From positions 60,577,377-60,641,376 of the forward strand of contig NC_092374.1 of assembly GCF_030028105.1 (NCBI RefSeq): a DNA stretch of 64,000 nt, given 5' to 3'. This DNA comes from Mobula birostris. Taxonomy: Eukaryota. Both the position numbers and the translations under genes were made by a program. How positions within the stretch are numbered: position 1 is the first letter of the stretch; each line of letters opens with the position of its first letter. Shown piece after piece: positions 1 to 12,094 of this stretch. The notes beneath the pieces were generated by a model. That model was not told the origin of the DNA. It saw nothing but the letters and a program-made list of their open reading frames with translations, and searched no databases.

Positions 1-1254
1 GATGCTTTGAACGTAATTCATCATCCAATAAACTGAAGGATGGCTGAACTCTGTCTCACTTAATACAGAAAAATCGCAGTTTCAATATTTTCAATAATCT
101 CCTCCCTCAGCAGCTTAACTGGGGAAAGGGAATTTCATTGCCCTTTGTGTACAGTAAAGCTTCTTGGCATTACCACTAACAGGCTGCTTCTAATTTTCTT
201 ATGTCTCCGTAAGAGGAAACAGAGGGCATGGAAGGAGAGATCCTGAAGGTCCTGTTCATCAAGCCTTCTTAGTTCCTTATAGCCACTGACCTAGAAAGGA
301 GTATGCTTTACTGTACATTCCGCCATACTTCACAGCACATTGAAGCATCACCATTTGTCAATATTTTGGCTTTCCTCAAAGCGATGAATCAAATTTTGTT
401 TTACTACATAAGTTGACTAGAAGGGTTGGAACTAGGCTATACTATAGCTTATTGGCAAAGCTGTTTAAAATAATTGTTTCAAGAATACTAGGAAAATCTA
501 AATAATAAAATTTCCCCTGCAATTTTTGCAGATATCTATTGAAATGTTTATAAAAACCAAGTTGCAGGCTAACAGGAGAATGTTAATGTTTTCACGAGAT
601 TGTATTTAGATGAGTTGGACAGTCGAGGCTGGAGTTTAAAACAGCTCTTGTATGTGCGCAATGCATGTGCAAAATGGAGTTTTCAACTATCAATTTTAGG
701 TGGTCTGAGAAAATGCAATTTAAGATATTGGACACAGCCTGCGTAGAATAGACAAGTCAAACATGCGTGGAGGCAGTGGCATAATCATGACACAAAAGCA
801 TTTAACACAGCCTACAGCATTGTATGAAATAACTAGGAATCCACCCTTGCCAACTTAACCAAATGTTCGTATTCTATGCAAGCAAATAAAATTTTGCACT
901 GCAATGACAAAGGTCATTGACAAACGGGCAGATATTCAGCATTTATATCTGGAGTTAGTGTGTGCCAGATACTTTGGGGGGGGGGGAACTAAATACACCA
1001 TTTAGTAGGTCATGACATCAGCATGTATAATACTGAAAAATTTACAAACCTTTAAAGATGTTTGAATAGAAACTGAACTTTTCAATTTGCATTTATATAG
1101 GATTAGTGACCTTGGGATATAAAACAAGTGGTTCAAGCTAATTAACTTTGAAAATGTGAACTATAGTAACGTAGGAATTTATGGTGAATTTAAATACATC
1201 AAATTCCACACAAAAGGATAAATGTTTTAAAAAAGCCATTTTAGTGAAGCTTGA

Positions 1255-2890
1255 TACTCTACTCACGTTACACTTATGACTGTGGCTAAGCACAGCTCCA
1301 ATGCCATATTAAAGTTTGCAAATGACACCATTGTCATTAGTGGGAGGAGCTAAGACAGCACCAGAGGGAGTGTTCACACTCATTTGCTGAATTCTTCTGT
1401 TTAATACCTCCTTTTTTTCTTTTCAAGGTGGCTGGGACTCTATTGGAGTCCATGAAGTACAGCTGCACTCACACTGCGGTTCCACGTTGAGGTGTTTCCC
1501 ACTTCCAGAGCTCGCTGAGTGGCCTAGTGCTTTTGATATCTCCAGGAGTGGTCTGGACGACCTGCGCCTTTGGGGGTATGACCTTGGAAGGCCTGTGTGA
1601 ACAACTCGATTCCTCACCAGTGTGGCCAACTGGAACGTTGCGGAGATCGGAACATCAAAACTGTGACTGTCTGAGGCGTTCCCTCTCCCTCCCTCTCGAT
1701 GGGGTTGGAGTGGAGAGTCTGACAATCCTCTAGTTGGGAGAGCTTGAATGAGCAACGCTTCAGGTTGCAGCATCAAAACAGTGATCTGTTGGTCTCCCTC
1801 TCGCTGTGGAAAGAGTGACATCTCTGTGTCCCTTGTTAGTGAGAGAGAGCCTATGGCATGTCAAAGAGCTGGGTTATGGATTTCAGGTCATGGACTCTTT
1901 GGAGGTTTTGCTATTGCTTGCTTGGTGGGTGGTGGGCACTGATGTTTCCTGCTGAAACAAGTGCTGGGGGGTAGGGGGAGGAGTGTTGATGATTTGCTGC
2001 TGTTGCTTATGTTTGGGAGAGAGATGGGAGGATTTGGGAGTCTAACTTTTTTCTGTCATTCTTTGGGGTTTTCTTCTGTTTCATGGCTATCTGTGAAGAG
2101 TAAGAATTTCAGGTTGTATACTATATACATTCTCTGATATTAAATGGAACCATTGTCCCATTGGCTAAATCAAAAGGTGGTGACTAATTGCATATGGGAC
2201 AGAGATTGAAAATCTGGCTGAGTGGTACACAACAACAACCTCACTCAACAGCAAGAACAAAGCGTTAATTACTGACTTCGGGAAAAGGAAACCTGAGGTC
2301 CATGAACCAAATCTCATTGGGGGAATCAGAGTTGGAGTGTAGAGTATATTGACTGGCTGCATCACAGCCTGGTTATGGAAACACCAATGCCCTTGAACAG
2401 AAAATCCTACAAAAACTAGTGGATATAGCCCAGTCCATCACAGATAAAGCCCTCTCCACCATTGAGCACATCTATACGGAGCATTGTCACAGGAAACCAG
2501 CATCCACCTTCAGGGACCCCACCACCCACCCAAGTCACGCTCCGTTCAGGAAGGTACAGGACCCTCGGGACCTACAGCACCAGATTGAGGAACAGTTATT
2601 ACCCCTCTTGAACCAGAAGAGACAACTGCACTCAACTGTTCCCACAGCCTATGGACTCACTTTAAGGACTCCATCTCGTGTTCTTGATATTTATTGCTTA
2701 TTTATTATTACTTTATTTGCAGTTTGTCATCCTCTGCAGACTGTCTGCCCCGTTGGGTGCCATCTTTCATTGATTCTATTATAATTATTGGATTTACTAA
2801 GTATGCCCACAAGAAAATGAACCTCAGGGTTGTACAGTATCAGTATATGGTGACATATGTACTTTGATAATAAATTTATTTTGAGCTTTG
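1255..2890 (+). mobile_element. Rex1/Babar-type LINE 3' fragment, interrupted by an insertion at ~1340-2155
   Basis: 1255-1338 encodes a degenerate LYS.YTYDC..KHSSNAI.KFA(N)DT RT motif. It resumes at ~2160 with ESILTGCITAW..LQK.V..AQSIT..L and ends with the tail AAGAAAATGAACCTCAGGGTTGTA...TACTTTGATAATAAATTTA. Confidence 0.75.
1340..2155 (+). mobile_element. Non-autonomous retroelement (SINE-like) with a Rex-like 3' tail, copy 1
   Basis: Shares the internal block TCTCCC..TCGCTGTG..AAA..GACA.CTCT.T.TCCCTT.TTAG.GAGAGAGAGCCT.TGG.ATGTC and the tail TTTCAGG.TGTATA...TATACATT.CTCTGA.ATTAAAT with the copies at 3213-3860 and 17183-17710. It splits the Rex RT sequence. Confidence 0.6.
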
Positions 2891-3212
2891 GAGCTAAATA
2901 GGGCAAAATACTTGCCAATACACAAGACTTGAATTATCAGCCTCCTCTTCAAAATACTAACATCTTCTATTCCCACTTGAGAAAACAAAAGGGACCGTTG
3001 TTTAACCTTTCAACTGAAATACTGTAGAACAGCTCTTCCTTTGTTCTGCATTAGATTGTCAGTCAATTAGTATAAAAAGCAGGCATTCTTCTCAAAAATT
3101 AGAGGCAACCAGTTAGAAAATTTAGTATTTGAGTGACGGTATAGCAAGAACATTCTAAACTGAATTCCTCTTTATAAACCACGAGCACTATAGACAATTT
3201 TACAATCACAGT

Positions 3213-3860
3213 TAGCGGAGCCTAGGAGGGTTAATGGCACCTAACGGCGACTCCTCTGCTTGCATCTTCGGAAACAGCTCCATTTCCATCTTTAATATCT
3301 CTGTTTTTCCTTTTCAGGGTTCTTTTGAAGACCCTGACCTGGAGTTACACGCTGACTACAGTTCTTTACGGGAAAGGGACCCACTTTCAGTGGAGGACCG
3401 AGCTTTCATGGCAGGGGAAATCTGAGGTCAGAGTCCGAGCAGAAGACCGGTATGTCGGGGGAGATGGAAGATCTAAGGCTGTGTGTCCAGACTCGGAAAA
3501 AGCAACACAACGGACTTTTAACCTTTGTTGTTTGTTATGTCTCCCCTCTCTCTGTGAAACAAAAACACCTCTTTCTCCCTTATTAGGGACAGAGAGAGAG
3601 AGCCTGTGGTATGTCGATTGCCAGGTGAACTATGTAGTCATTGGAGTCTATGTCTTTGCTGTTGCCTTGCTCACACTTGAGAGCTTGGTGGCGGGTCAGG
3701 AGGGAGGGGAGCTGGGGGGTGCTTTGGGGTTCTAACATTTAACTGTTGTTCATTCTTTAGGGGCACTCCTCTGTTTTTGTGGATGGTTGTGAAGAGAAAG
3801 CATTTCAGGATGTATATTGTATACATTTCTCTGACATTAAATGTACCTTTGACACCTTTG
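3213..3860 (+). mobile_element. Non-autonomous retroelement (SINE-like) with a Rex-like 3' tail, copy 2
   Basis: Same internal block as above; ends ...CATTTCAGGATGTATATTGTATACATTTCTCTGACATTAAATGTACCTTTGACACCTTTGA (short tandem tail). Confidence 0.6.
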
Positions 3861-4704
3861 ATTGATGGATAGCTGAATTCTGCCTTGACAGCAGTCACAG
3901 ACTCAATATCATCTGGACCAGGAGAGGCAGAGTACTGATAAACCTTACTTATGGAATGGCACCATATGTACAACTGCTGTTTCTGATCATTACAGATTTA
4001 CCCACGAATTATTGAAGGACTTATTTTAAACGGCTTTACAAACAAATTCCAATTTAAACTATAGGTATCAATGTATCAAAATTACACCAATTTTTATAAA
4101 ACAGAATTTGAATATAACCGAGGAAGCAGGTGTTGACAAACATCCAGTCAAACAGGATGATGATTCAACATGTTCACATATATGGCAGGGAGTACGGCAA
4201 AACTTGTTCCTCCTTACAATCACTTCACAATTTTATCTGCGACAAGTAGGAAATGTCATTTTACAATGAATTGAAAATAACAGTAATTATCACCCGCCCA
4301 TTATCGTCATGGCCTTACTGAAAGAAGTACTGAAAAGAGGTTAAAAAAAACCTTTATTCTTACACAGAAGCAGGTTATATGAAAGGCAAAGGTTTTGAAA
4401 GGTTAATATGGTAAATTGATGGTATTGAAAAAAACAGCCACCTTTTAAGGTGTAGCAGACAAAGGTTGCATTAACTACAGGACTGATCAACTGAAAGGAA
4501 CCATTAGTGATACCTTCACAAAGTAGTAGGTACAAACAGGATACTATCAGCTAATAGACAGTGATGCAGTTGATACAAGAGGAGATAGGCAGGTTTAAAG
4601 CAAAGCAATAAGGAGGTAGAAATAACTGGCAATAGTCCTGGCATTGTCAATAATGCCTATTTCCACAAACAGAATATTTTTCCAACAAATGGACCTTCCA
4701 ATCA

Positions 4705-5262
4705 CAGGGCTGGCAAACCCTTCTGAGGGTGTGCCCAAAATGGTGATAATCCACTAAAATAAAAACTAATTTGAGCAGAGATTGCCCATGATTAATAAAA
4801 CATAATAATTACAGTTTTTTTTCCTTAAAGGGCAAGTCCTGTTGCTTATTTACCCGAATTCATTGTTTTTCTATTAACATAAGTATTAGAGACAGATTGA
4901 AATAAATGAAGCAGTTTAGAAAACCTGTTCAAATATTAACATTAATCTTTTGAAAGACAATTGAAAATAACCTCATTTCTAAATAGTATTGTTATTGTAA
5001 CCATTTACTCTCCAAATACTGATGTGTACGCTAGATCATCCAACATCAAGTATTCTTACAACACAGCTAGTTGGCTCCAAGCCAATGTGAGCAGTTTCCT
5101 GTGGAAAACATCTCACTGCTCTTGGGTTGTAAAAAATCATTTTCTGCTTCATTTGGCAGTAAAGATAATAGTTTTTTTTATGGATAGGGTTTAAGGAAAG
5201 AATTGATGGGCACATGCCAAAAAAATTGATGCATCTGCCATCTTGGGCACATGTGCCATATC
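4705..5262. mobile_element. Possible degenerate hAT-type element
   Basis: Starts CAGGGCTGGCAAACC (hAT-like terminus), with GTGTGCCCAA / TTGGGCACAT subterminal inverted motifs. The right terminus and TSD were not found. Confidence 0.25.
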
Positions 5263-5324
5263 ACATGGCAGAGCAAAAACATTATAAAAGATATTCACAA
5301 AACATTACTAATTTAAAGAGAAGC

Positions 5325-6990
5325 TCAGAATCAGAATCATTATCACTGGTTTATATGATGTGAAATTTGTTTAGCAGCAGTACATAAAATGACAAAAATG
5401 CTATCAATCACCAAACTAATAACAAATGTAATAATATAGTGCTCATGGACTGTTTAGAAACCTGATAGTAGAAGAGAAGCTGTTTCTGAATTGTTGGGTG
5501 TCTCTCTTCATTCCTCCCTGATATTAACAAGAGGGCATGTGCCAGATGGTGAGGGTTCCTTAGTGTTGAATGCCAGCTTCATGAGACACTACCTCTTACT
5601 TTGTGCAAGACCAAAACATGTGAATTAAAGTGGCCACCTGAGTATTACATCTATCACAAATAGGATTAATATTGATTAAGATACAGGCTAATTTATCCTT
5701 TGACGTATGTGCCCGATGCACTACACTGAACTGTATCAAGGAATGATGGACACAAATAGATGAAGTATTTACCAGATGAAAAATTTCACTACATTGATTA
5801 TCTGAAAGTAACTCTTGAAATTCCAATTCCCAGGCAGCTTTAGTTTTATCGTTAGATATCATTCGTAAATTCAATAACCATTTATAAATTGTAGCTATTA
5901 ATCTTTTTTGGAGTGGTTTAACCTGGAAAAGGGTATCTATTATATTAGATGGATAAGCGGAGGGATAACTTAGAAGCAAAGTATGTAAAAAATTCCTAAT
6001 TTGTAAATATCTAAAAAAATGTACATTGGATAAATCAAATTTATCCGCCAGCTGAATAAAAGACATTAAACAATCCCCTATAAACAAATCTGAAAAAGTT
6101 ATTATTCCTTTGGTTTTCCAAATTTAAAAAGCCTGATCTAAAATTGATGGTTTAAAAAAAGTTACGATATATTTCACTAAAAAGGACAAAATTATTTAAT
6201 TCAAAAAATCTGCAAAACTGAAACCAAATTCGTAATTCTTAAAAGTTAGAGAGCTTTTGGAAAGATGTTTTTAAAACCTTATCAAACGTGCTAGTTCTGG
6301 ATTTACAACCAAACTTACTTACAGCTATTTTTGGGATTATTCCATCGGAAGCAGGATATACTCCTGCTTCCGCTCAACGGATGATAGTCTTTTCAACCTT
6401 ACTGGCTAGGAAAGCTATTTTACTTAAATGGAAGGACCCTAACCCTCCTACCGCCTTTTATTGGCTTTCCTCTATCATGTCCTGTTTAAGTCTAGAGAAA
6501 ATAAGAAGTCGGACATTAGATAAATCCTTTAAATTTGAAGAAATCTGGCGGCCTTTTATTCAATATTTTCATATGATCTAATTTTTGTACTGATTCTCTT
6601 CCAGCTATTTTTTCAGAACCTTGGATTTGATCTGGGAGTCTCTCTTTTCTTGGTTTTTCTCTCTGGATGGACTGCCCAGTCCTTTTTATTTTCTTCTGTT
6701 TAGAATAGTGGTTTTTTTTTTAAAATATACAAATTCCTAATAGACCTTCCTTTCTTCATAAATTGATAAAAGGAGAATGAATTACATTCTTTTTTCTGTA
6801 TTATACACTCTATATCAAATTTATACTTTGTAGATCAACACTATGTGTTATTCTGATATTGTTTATTTTACCTTCTGTATGTACTGTTATTGACATATAT
6901 ACCAGAGATATTCTCCTCCCGCTTGTATACACACTTTTTTTTAATCAATAAAAAGACACTACCTCTTGAAGATTTCCTTAATGGTGGAGA
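5325..6990 (-). mobile_element. Rex/Babar LINE 3' fragment (host of the inverted L1)
   Basis: Begins with the reverse-complemented tail TCAGAATCAGAATC..TTATCACTGG. The sequence is continuous across the L1 insertion: ...CATGAGACACTACCTCTT|GAAGATTTCCTTAATGG. Confidence 0.6.
5598..6953 (+). mobile_element. 5'-truncated L1-clade LINE with a 5' inversion (5598-~6240 inverted, ~6241-6953 sense)
   Basis: The minus ORF 5596-6087 has FFRYLQIRNF...CDRC...HMFWSCTK (L1 ORF2 C-terminal CCHC region). The plus strand from 6241 continues KLESFWKDVF...ARKAILLKWK..PP...W...LEKI...W.PF, then a 3' UTR and AATAAA. A 14-bp TSD AGACACTACCTCTT lies at 5584-5597 and 6954-6967. Confidence 0.88.
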
Positions 6991-7266
6991 CACCTGAAGA
7001 GACATCCATTCGCAAAGGTATAGGTGCTTCAGAGTAGATGGCTGTGCCTTACAAAGGCGCCGTCTATCATGAAGGAACCCCATCACCCAGGACACGGCCT
7101 CTTCTTATTGTTACTATCAGGTAGGAAGTACAGAAGCCTGAAGGCACACACTCAGTGATCCAGGAACAGCTTCTTCCACTCTGCCATCCTATTTCTAAAC
7201 GGACATTGAACTCATGAACACTACCTCACTACTTTTAATATTTTTGTACGTATTTTAACTTAACCA

Positions 7267-8866
7267 AAAACCCCATTTCCAGAAAAGTTGGGATATTTTC
7301 CAAAATGCAATAAAAACAAAAATCTGTGTTATGTTAATTCACGTGAACCTTTATTTAACTTACAAAAGTACAAAGAAAAGATTTTCAATAGTTTCACTGA
7401 CCAACTTAATTGTATTTTGTAAATATACACAAATTTAGAATTTGATGGCTGCAACACACTCAACAAAAGTTGGGCCAGAGTTAAAATAAGATTGAAAAGT
7501 GCACAGAATATTCAAGTAACACCGGTTTGCAAGACTCCACATTAAGCAGGCTAATTGGTAGCAGGTGAAGTATCATGACTGGGTATAAAAGTAGCGTCCA
7601 TCAAAGGCTCAGTTTTTGCAAGCAAGGATGGGTCGTGGCTCACCCCTTTGTGCCAAAATTCGTGAGAGAATTGTTAGTCAGTTCAAAAGGAACATTTCTC
7701 AATGCAAGATTGCAGAGAATTCAGGTCTTTCAACATCTACAGTACATAATATTGTGAAAAGATTCAGAGAATTTAGAGACATCTCAGTGCGTAAAGGGCA
7801 AGGTCAGAAACCACTGCTGAATGCGCGTGATGTTCGAGCCCTCAGACAGCACTGCCTAAGAAACCGTCATGCTACTATGACAATTATAGTCACCTGGGCT
7901 CGGGAGTACTTCGGAAAACCATTGTCACTCAACACAGTCCGTCACTGCGTCCAGAAATGCAACTTGAAACTGTATTACGCAAGGAGGAAGCCATACATCA
8001 ACTCTATGCAGAAACGCCGGCGAGTTCTCTGGGCCCGAGCTCATCTAAGATGAACCGAAAGACTGTGGAAACGTGTGCTGTGGTCAGATGAGTCCACATT
8101 TCAGCTAGTTTTTGGAAAAAACGGGTATCGAGTTCTCCGTGCCAAAGATGAAAACGACCATCCAGATTGTTATCAGCGAAAGATGCAAAAGCCAACATCT
8201 GTGATGGTATGGGGGTGCATCAGTGTCCACAGCATGGGTGAGTTGCATGTATGTGAAGGTACCACTGAATCTGAGGCGTATATTAGGATTTTAGAGAGAC
8301 ATATGTTGCCATCCAGGCGACGTCTCTTCCAGGGACATCCATGCTTATTTCAGCAGGACAATGCCAGACAACATTCTGCATGGGCTACAACAGCGTGGCT
8401 TTGTGGACACAGAGTGCGTGTGCTTGACTGGCCTGCTGCCAGTCCAGATCTATGTCCTATTGAAAATGTATGGTGCATCATGAAGAGGAGAATCAGACAA
8501 CGGAGACCACGGACTGTTGAGCAGCTGAAGTCTTATATGAAGCAAGAATGGACAAAATTTCCAATTGCAAATCTACTACAATTAGTATCCTCAGTTCCAA
8601 AACAAAAAGTGTTATTAAAAGGAAAGGTGATGTAGCACAATGGTAAACATGCCTCTGTCCCAACTTTTGTTGAGTGTGTTGCAGCCATCAAATTCTAAAT
8701 TTGTGTATGTTTACAAAATACAATTAAATTGGTCAGTAAAACTATTGAAAATCTTTTCTTTGTACTTTTGTCAGTTAAATAAAGGTTCACGTGAATTACC
8801 ATATCACAGATTTTTGTTTTTATTGCATTTTGGAAAATATCCCAACTTTTCTGGAAATGGGGTTTG
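7267..8866 (+). mobile_element. Full-length Tc1 (DD34E) DNA transposon with long IR/DR-type TIRs
   Basis: TIRs of ~215 bp (7267-~7480 and ~8653-8866), AAACCCCATTTCCAGAAAAGTTGGGA... with an inner direct repeat AAAAGTTGGG. TA at the right end (8867-8868); the left TA and terminal base appear mutated. Confidence 0.92.
7628..8646 (+). pseudogene. Tc1 transposase, lightly disrupted
   Basis: ORFs 7616-8053 (paired-like HTH) and 8075-8635 are in the same frame, separated by one TGA at a conserved Trp. Motifs WSDES, VMVWG, FQQDNA and WPAASPDLCPIENVW; D-E spacing counted as 34. A small frameshift occurs near the C-terminus. Confidence 0.9.
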
Positions 8867-9594
8867 TATACAATAGACATATACTTAATTTAATTCTTTT
8901 CTCCTCTATATTTATCATGTATTTCATTGAGCTGCCACAAAGTTAACAAATTTCACAACACATGCTGATGATATTAAACCTGATTCTGATTAAACACATA
9001 TGGAGGAATAGAACCATATTATATCTAGTGGGATCAAAAGTGGCTTATTTGAATCATAAGCAAATGGTAAAAAAACAGGTGGGTAAGAGACCTTGATCTT
9101 GTGATAGATCAAGACCAGAGTTGCCTGCTGACAGATTAATGCGGGAGTTCAGGGAAGTGAGAGAAATAAAATAACAGAAGCTACATGATGAGGGCAGCTA
9201 AGGTGTAAGAATACAAGCAAAGGGATTGTAAAATCTGCAAAATGCAGGGCTGCGGGGCATTCACAGCAGATCAAGCTGAGCTGTATTAATGGAGAAAGAA
9301 AATCTTCCCTCTCTTTAACATATCTTCTTTGGAGCTCAAAATCTCTTTCCCAATTCCAACAAAGTCTTCCACATGAAGCAACAAATTCCGTTTATCTTTC
9401 CACAGATATTGTATGCCTAGTCTCAAGGCCCCCCCACAAGAAATGAGAGACCAGTCTGGGTCTCGGCCGATTTTTCATCACTCTCAAAGAACTCAAGTAA
9501 AACAACTATTACAAGAAAGACAGGGTATGACATTCTTTTAATTACTGATCCTACCCCTGGTCTCCCATCTACAGATATGTAGACTTAAAGGATA

Positions 9595-11900
9595 AAGCTT
9601 CCTCATCAGGAGACCACAGTCAGTGTGGATTGGAAATAACACCTCCTCCTCACTGATAACACTGGTGCACCTCAAGGGTGCATGCATAACCCACTGCTCT
9701 ACCCTCTCTACACCCACAATTGTGTGGCTAGGCACAGCTCAAATGCCATATATAAATTTGCCAGTGACAACTATCATTGGCAGAATTCAGAGGGTGACAA
9801 GGTAAGGTAGATCATCTGGTCGCAACAACAACCTTGCACTCAACATCAGCAAGACCAAGGAACTGATTGTGGACTTCAGGATGGGGAAGTCCAAGGAATA
9901 CATGCCTGTCTCATTGAGGAACCTGGAGTGGAAAGGGTGAGCCTAGGTGTCAACATCTTTGAAGATCTATCCTGGGCCCAGCATATTGATGCAATTACAA
10001 AGAAGGCACGACAGCAGCTATATTTCATTAAGAGTTTAAAGAGACTTGGTATGTCACCAAAGACACTCACAGATTTCTACAGATGTACCATGGAGAACAT
10101 TCTAACTGGTTGCATCACTATCTGGCATGGAGGGGCCATTGCACAGGATCAAAAAAAAAAGCTGCAAAAAGTTGTAAGCTCAGCTAGCTCCATCATGGGC
10201 AGCAGCCTCTCCAACGAAAAGATATCTTCAAAAGGCAAGGCCTCAAAAAGTCTGCATCCATCATTAAGGAACCCTACCACCCAGGACATGCCCTCTTCTT
10301 ATTGCTACCATCAAGCAGGAGGTATAGAAGCCTGAAGACACACAACATTTTAAGAACAGTGTCTTTCACATCGCCATTTCTGAATGGACAATGAAACCAT
10401 GCATTTTTAAACTAATTGTTTAATTTAATTTTTAACATACATTTCTTATGTTAATTTTTTTTTAAACACAAAAAACAAGTGCCAACAGTGCTGAACAAGA
10501 GGACTTACCCCACACTTAAAGGGGATATCTGAACCTTCTAGCACCCCATATTCTGCCCCACTGCTAATATGGTACTTAACGTAGTCAAAAATGAAAACAG
10601 GGCAACATTTATCAATCCACCGATTTGTTACCATCATGTTTAAGCTCCTTCAGGCTGGAGCAGCACCACTAATTTAAACAAATAATGAAACTATATTAAT
10701 CAAAACAAATACGTTACCCATCCTATAAGATATCTTGCTGTTGAGTAATGAAAAGGTAAAATAAAGCGACCATCGAGCATGTTATCGTCCATAACCAGGG
10801 CTACACAACATATACATTCTTTAGCCGAACATATCCACAAAAGTTTTAGCTTTGTCAGGAGAATCAAATATCTTGGTGGTCCCATTGTAGGTGATTTTCA
10901 GCGCTGCTGGGTACAGCACAAAGTACTGGATTCCGGATTCTCTCAGCCGCTTCTTTACCTGGTCGAATTCCTTGCGTTTCCGAACAACGACTGCCAAAAA
11001 TTATTGAATAAACATAAGCCTGGATCCCTCATATATTAGAGCCTGGGCATCAGTCCCACGGCATCTCGAAGCCTCCATCACTCTTCGCTTATCTCCGAAA
11101 TTATGGAACCGCTCGAGGACAGGTCAAGGGCGTTGATCTGGGCCCGGTTTTGGAGCCAGCGTACGATGAGCTCTTTCCACTTTAATGCGTTCAGCCTTGG
11201 TTTCCAAATCAAGGAAATTAGGAAGCCAGCCCTCAAAAAACTTTGCTGGCTGGCTGCGTTCTGTACCTTCAGGTAGACTGATGATCCGTACGTTCTTCCT
11301 CTTACATCTATTGTCAAGATCATGGACATGGTCAGACAGGCTTTGAACTTGCTTTTCTAGCGCCCGGATGCAGCTTTGGGCTTGATCATCTACAGTCTCA
11401 ACCGCGGAGACTCAGCCCTCGGCCTTGGTTGTTCTTGTAACAAGATTTTTAAGCTCCAATGTGTGGTTCTGGAGTGTTAGAGAGAGTGGACTCAGCTTCT
11501 CGTCCATTATCTTGGATATGTTCTCCGTAACTTCCTGAATTACTTGACAAAAAGCAGGATCCAACATGTTAGCATAGCTAGAAGCAGCTAGCTCCTCAGC
11601 CCTGGGCAAGCGCTCTGTGCAGCCATCTTGGCTGCCTTTTTAGTACTTTTCAATGTTCATGTTAACTCAATGTTCATGTTATTAAATCCGACACTTAGGC
11701 ATTTAAAAAAAAGTTGAAGTGGATAGGTTTATATGCGAAATTATCAGCGTTGCGGAGCTGAGCTCAGCAAGGCAGACCTGTCACTGCACGGCCATCTTGA
11801 ATACCAATTTTTTTTTTAAATTATATATTGCAATGTACTGCTGCCGCAAAGCAATATATTTCACAAACACATGTCAGTGATATTAAACCTGATTCTGATT
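9595..11900 (+). mobile_element. Rex/Babar LINE 3' fragment split by the ORF1-only L1 derivative
   Basis: ORF 9928-10335 has LGV.I.EDLSW.QH...KKARQQLYF...L...FYRCTMENILTGCIT.W. The 3' UTR continues after 11820 to the tail TATTAAACCTGATTCTGATT. Confidence 0.8.
10467..11805 (-). mobile_element. L1-derived element containing only a 5' UTR, ORF1 and a short 3' region (HAL1-like)
   Basis: The 5' end reads GGTATTCAAGATGGC. Degenerate L1 ORF1 at ~11702-10821: coiled coil, DNRCKRKNVRIISLPEG, RKRKEFDQVKKRL...YFVLYPAALKI.YNG..KIFDSPDKA..F*. Flanked on both sides by AA(T)nAAA (10453-10466 and 11806-11820). No ORF2 was recognised. Confidence 0.78.
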
Positions 11901-12094
11901 GACGGTGCCTTTTTTGGGCAAATAGGGAGGAAAAATGCAGCTCTCCAATACTGGGGTGTGAGAAATGTTCGTTTGTGAACAGCTAACTTTTTCTTTTCCT
12001 GATTTGCATGCATGTTGATGATTACAGTTTAATGATTAGATTTCAGCAAAAGGCAACTTGAAAATTCTATGGTTTCTTTATTTCTTCTTAACTT

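Larger units (their letters stand above)
7045..8992 (+). mobile_element. Rex/Babar LINE 3' fragment split by the Tc1 element
   Basis: Rex C-terminal coding remnant (ATCATGAAGGAACCCCATCACCCAGG...AACAGCTTCTTCC) at 7045-7260. The tail AAATTTCACAACACATGCTGATGATATTAAACCTGATTCTGATT follows at 8949-8992. Confidence 0.65.

Noticed and set aside
1765-1790. Minus-strand 'HCFDA' resembling the YCFDAF motif of the next ABHD17 exon
   Set aside because: The flanking residues do not match and it lies inside a SINE-like repeat; a chance match.
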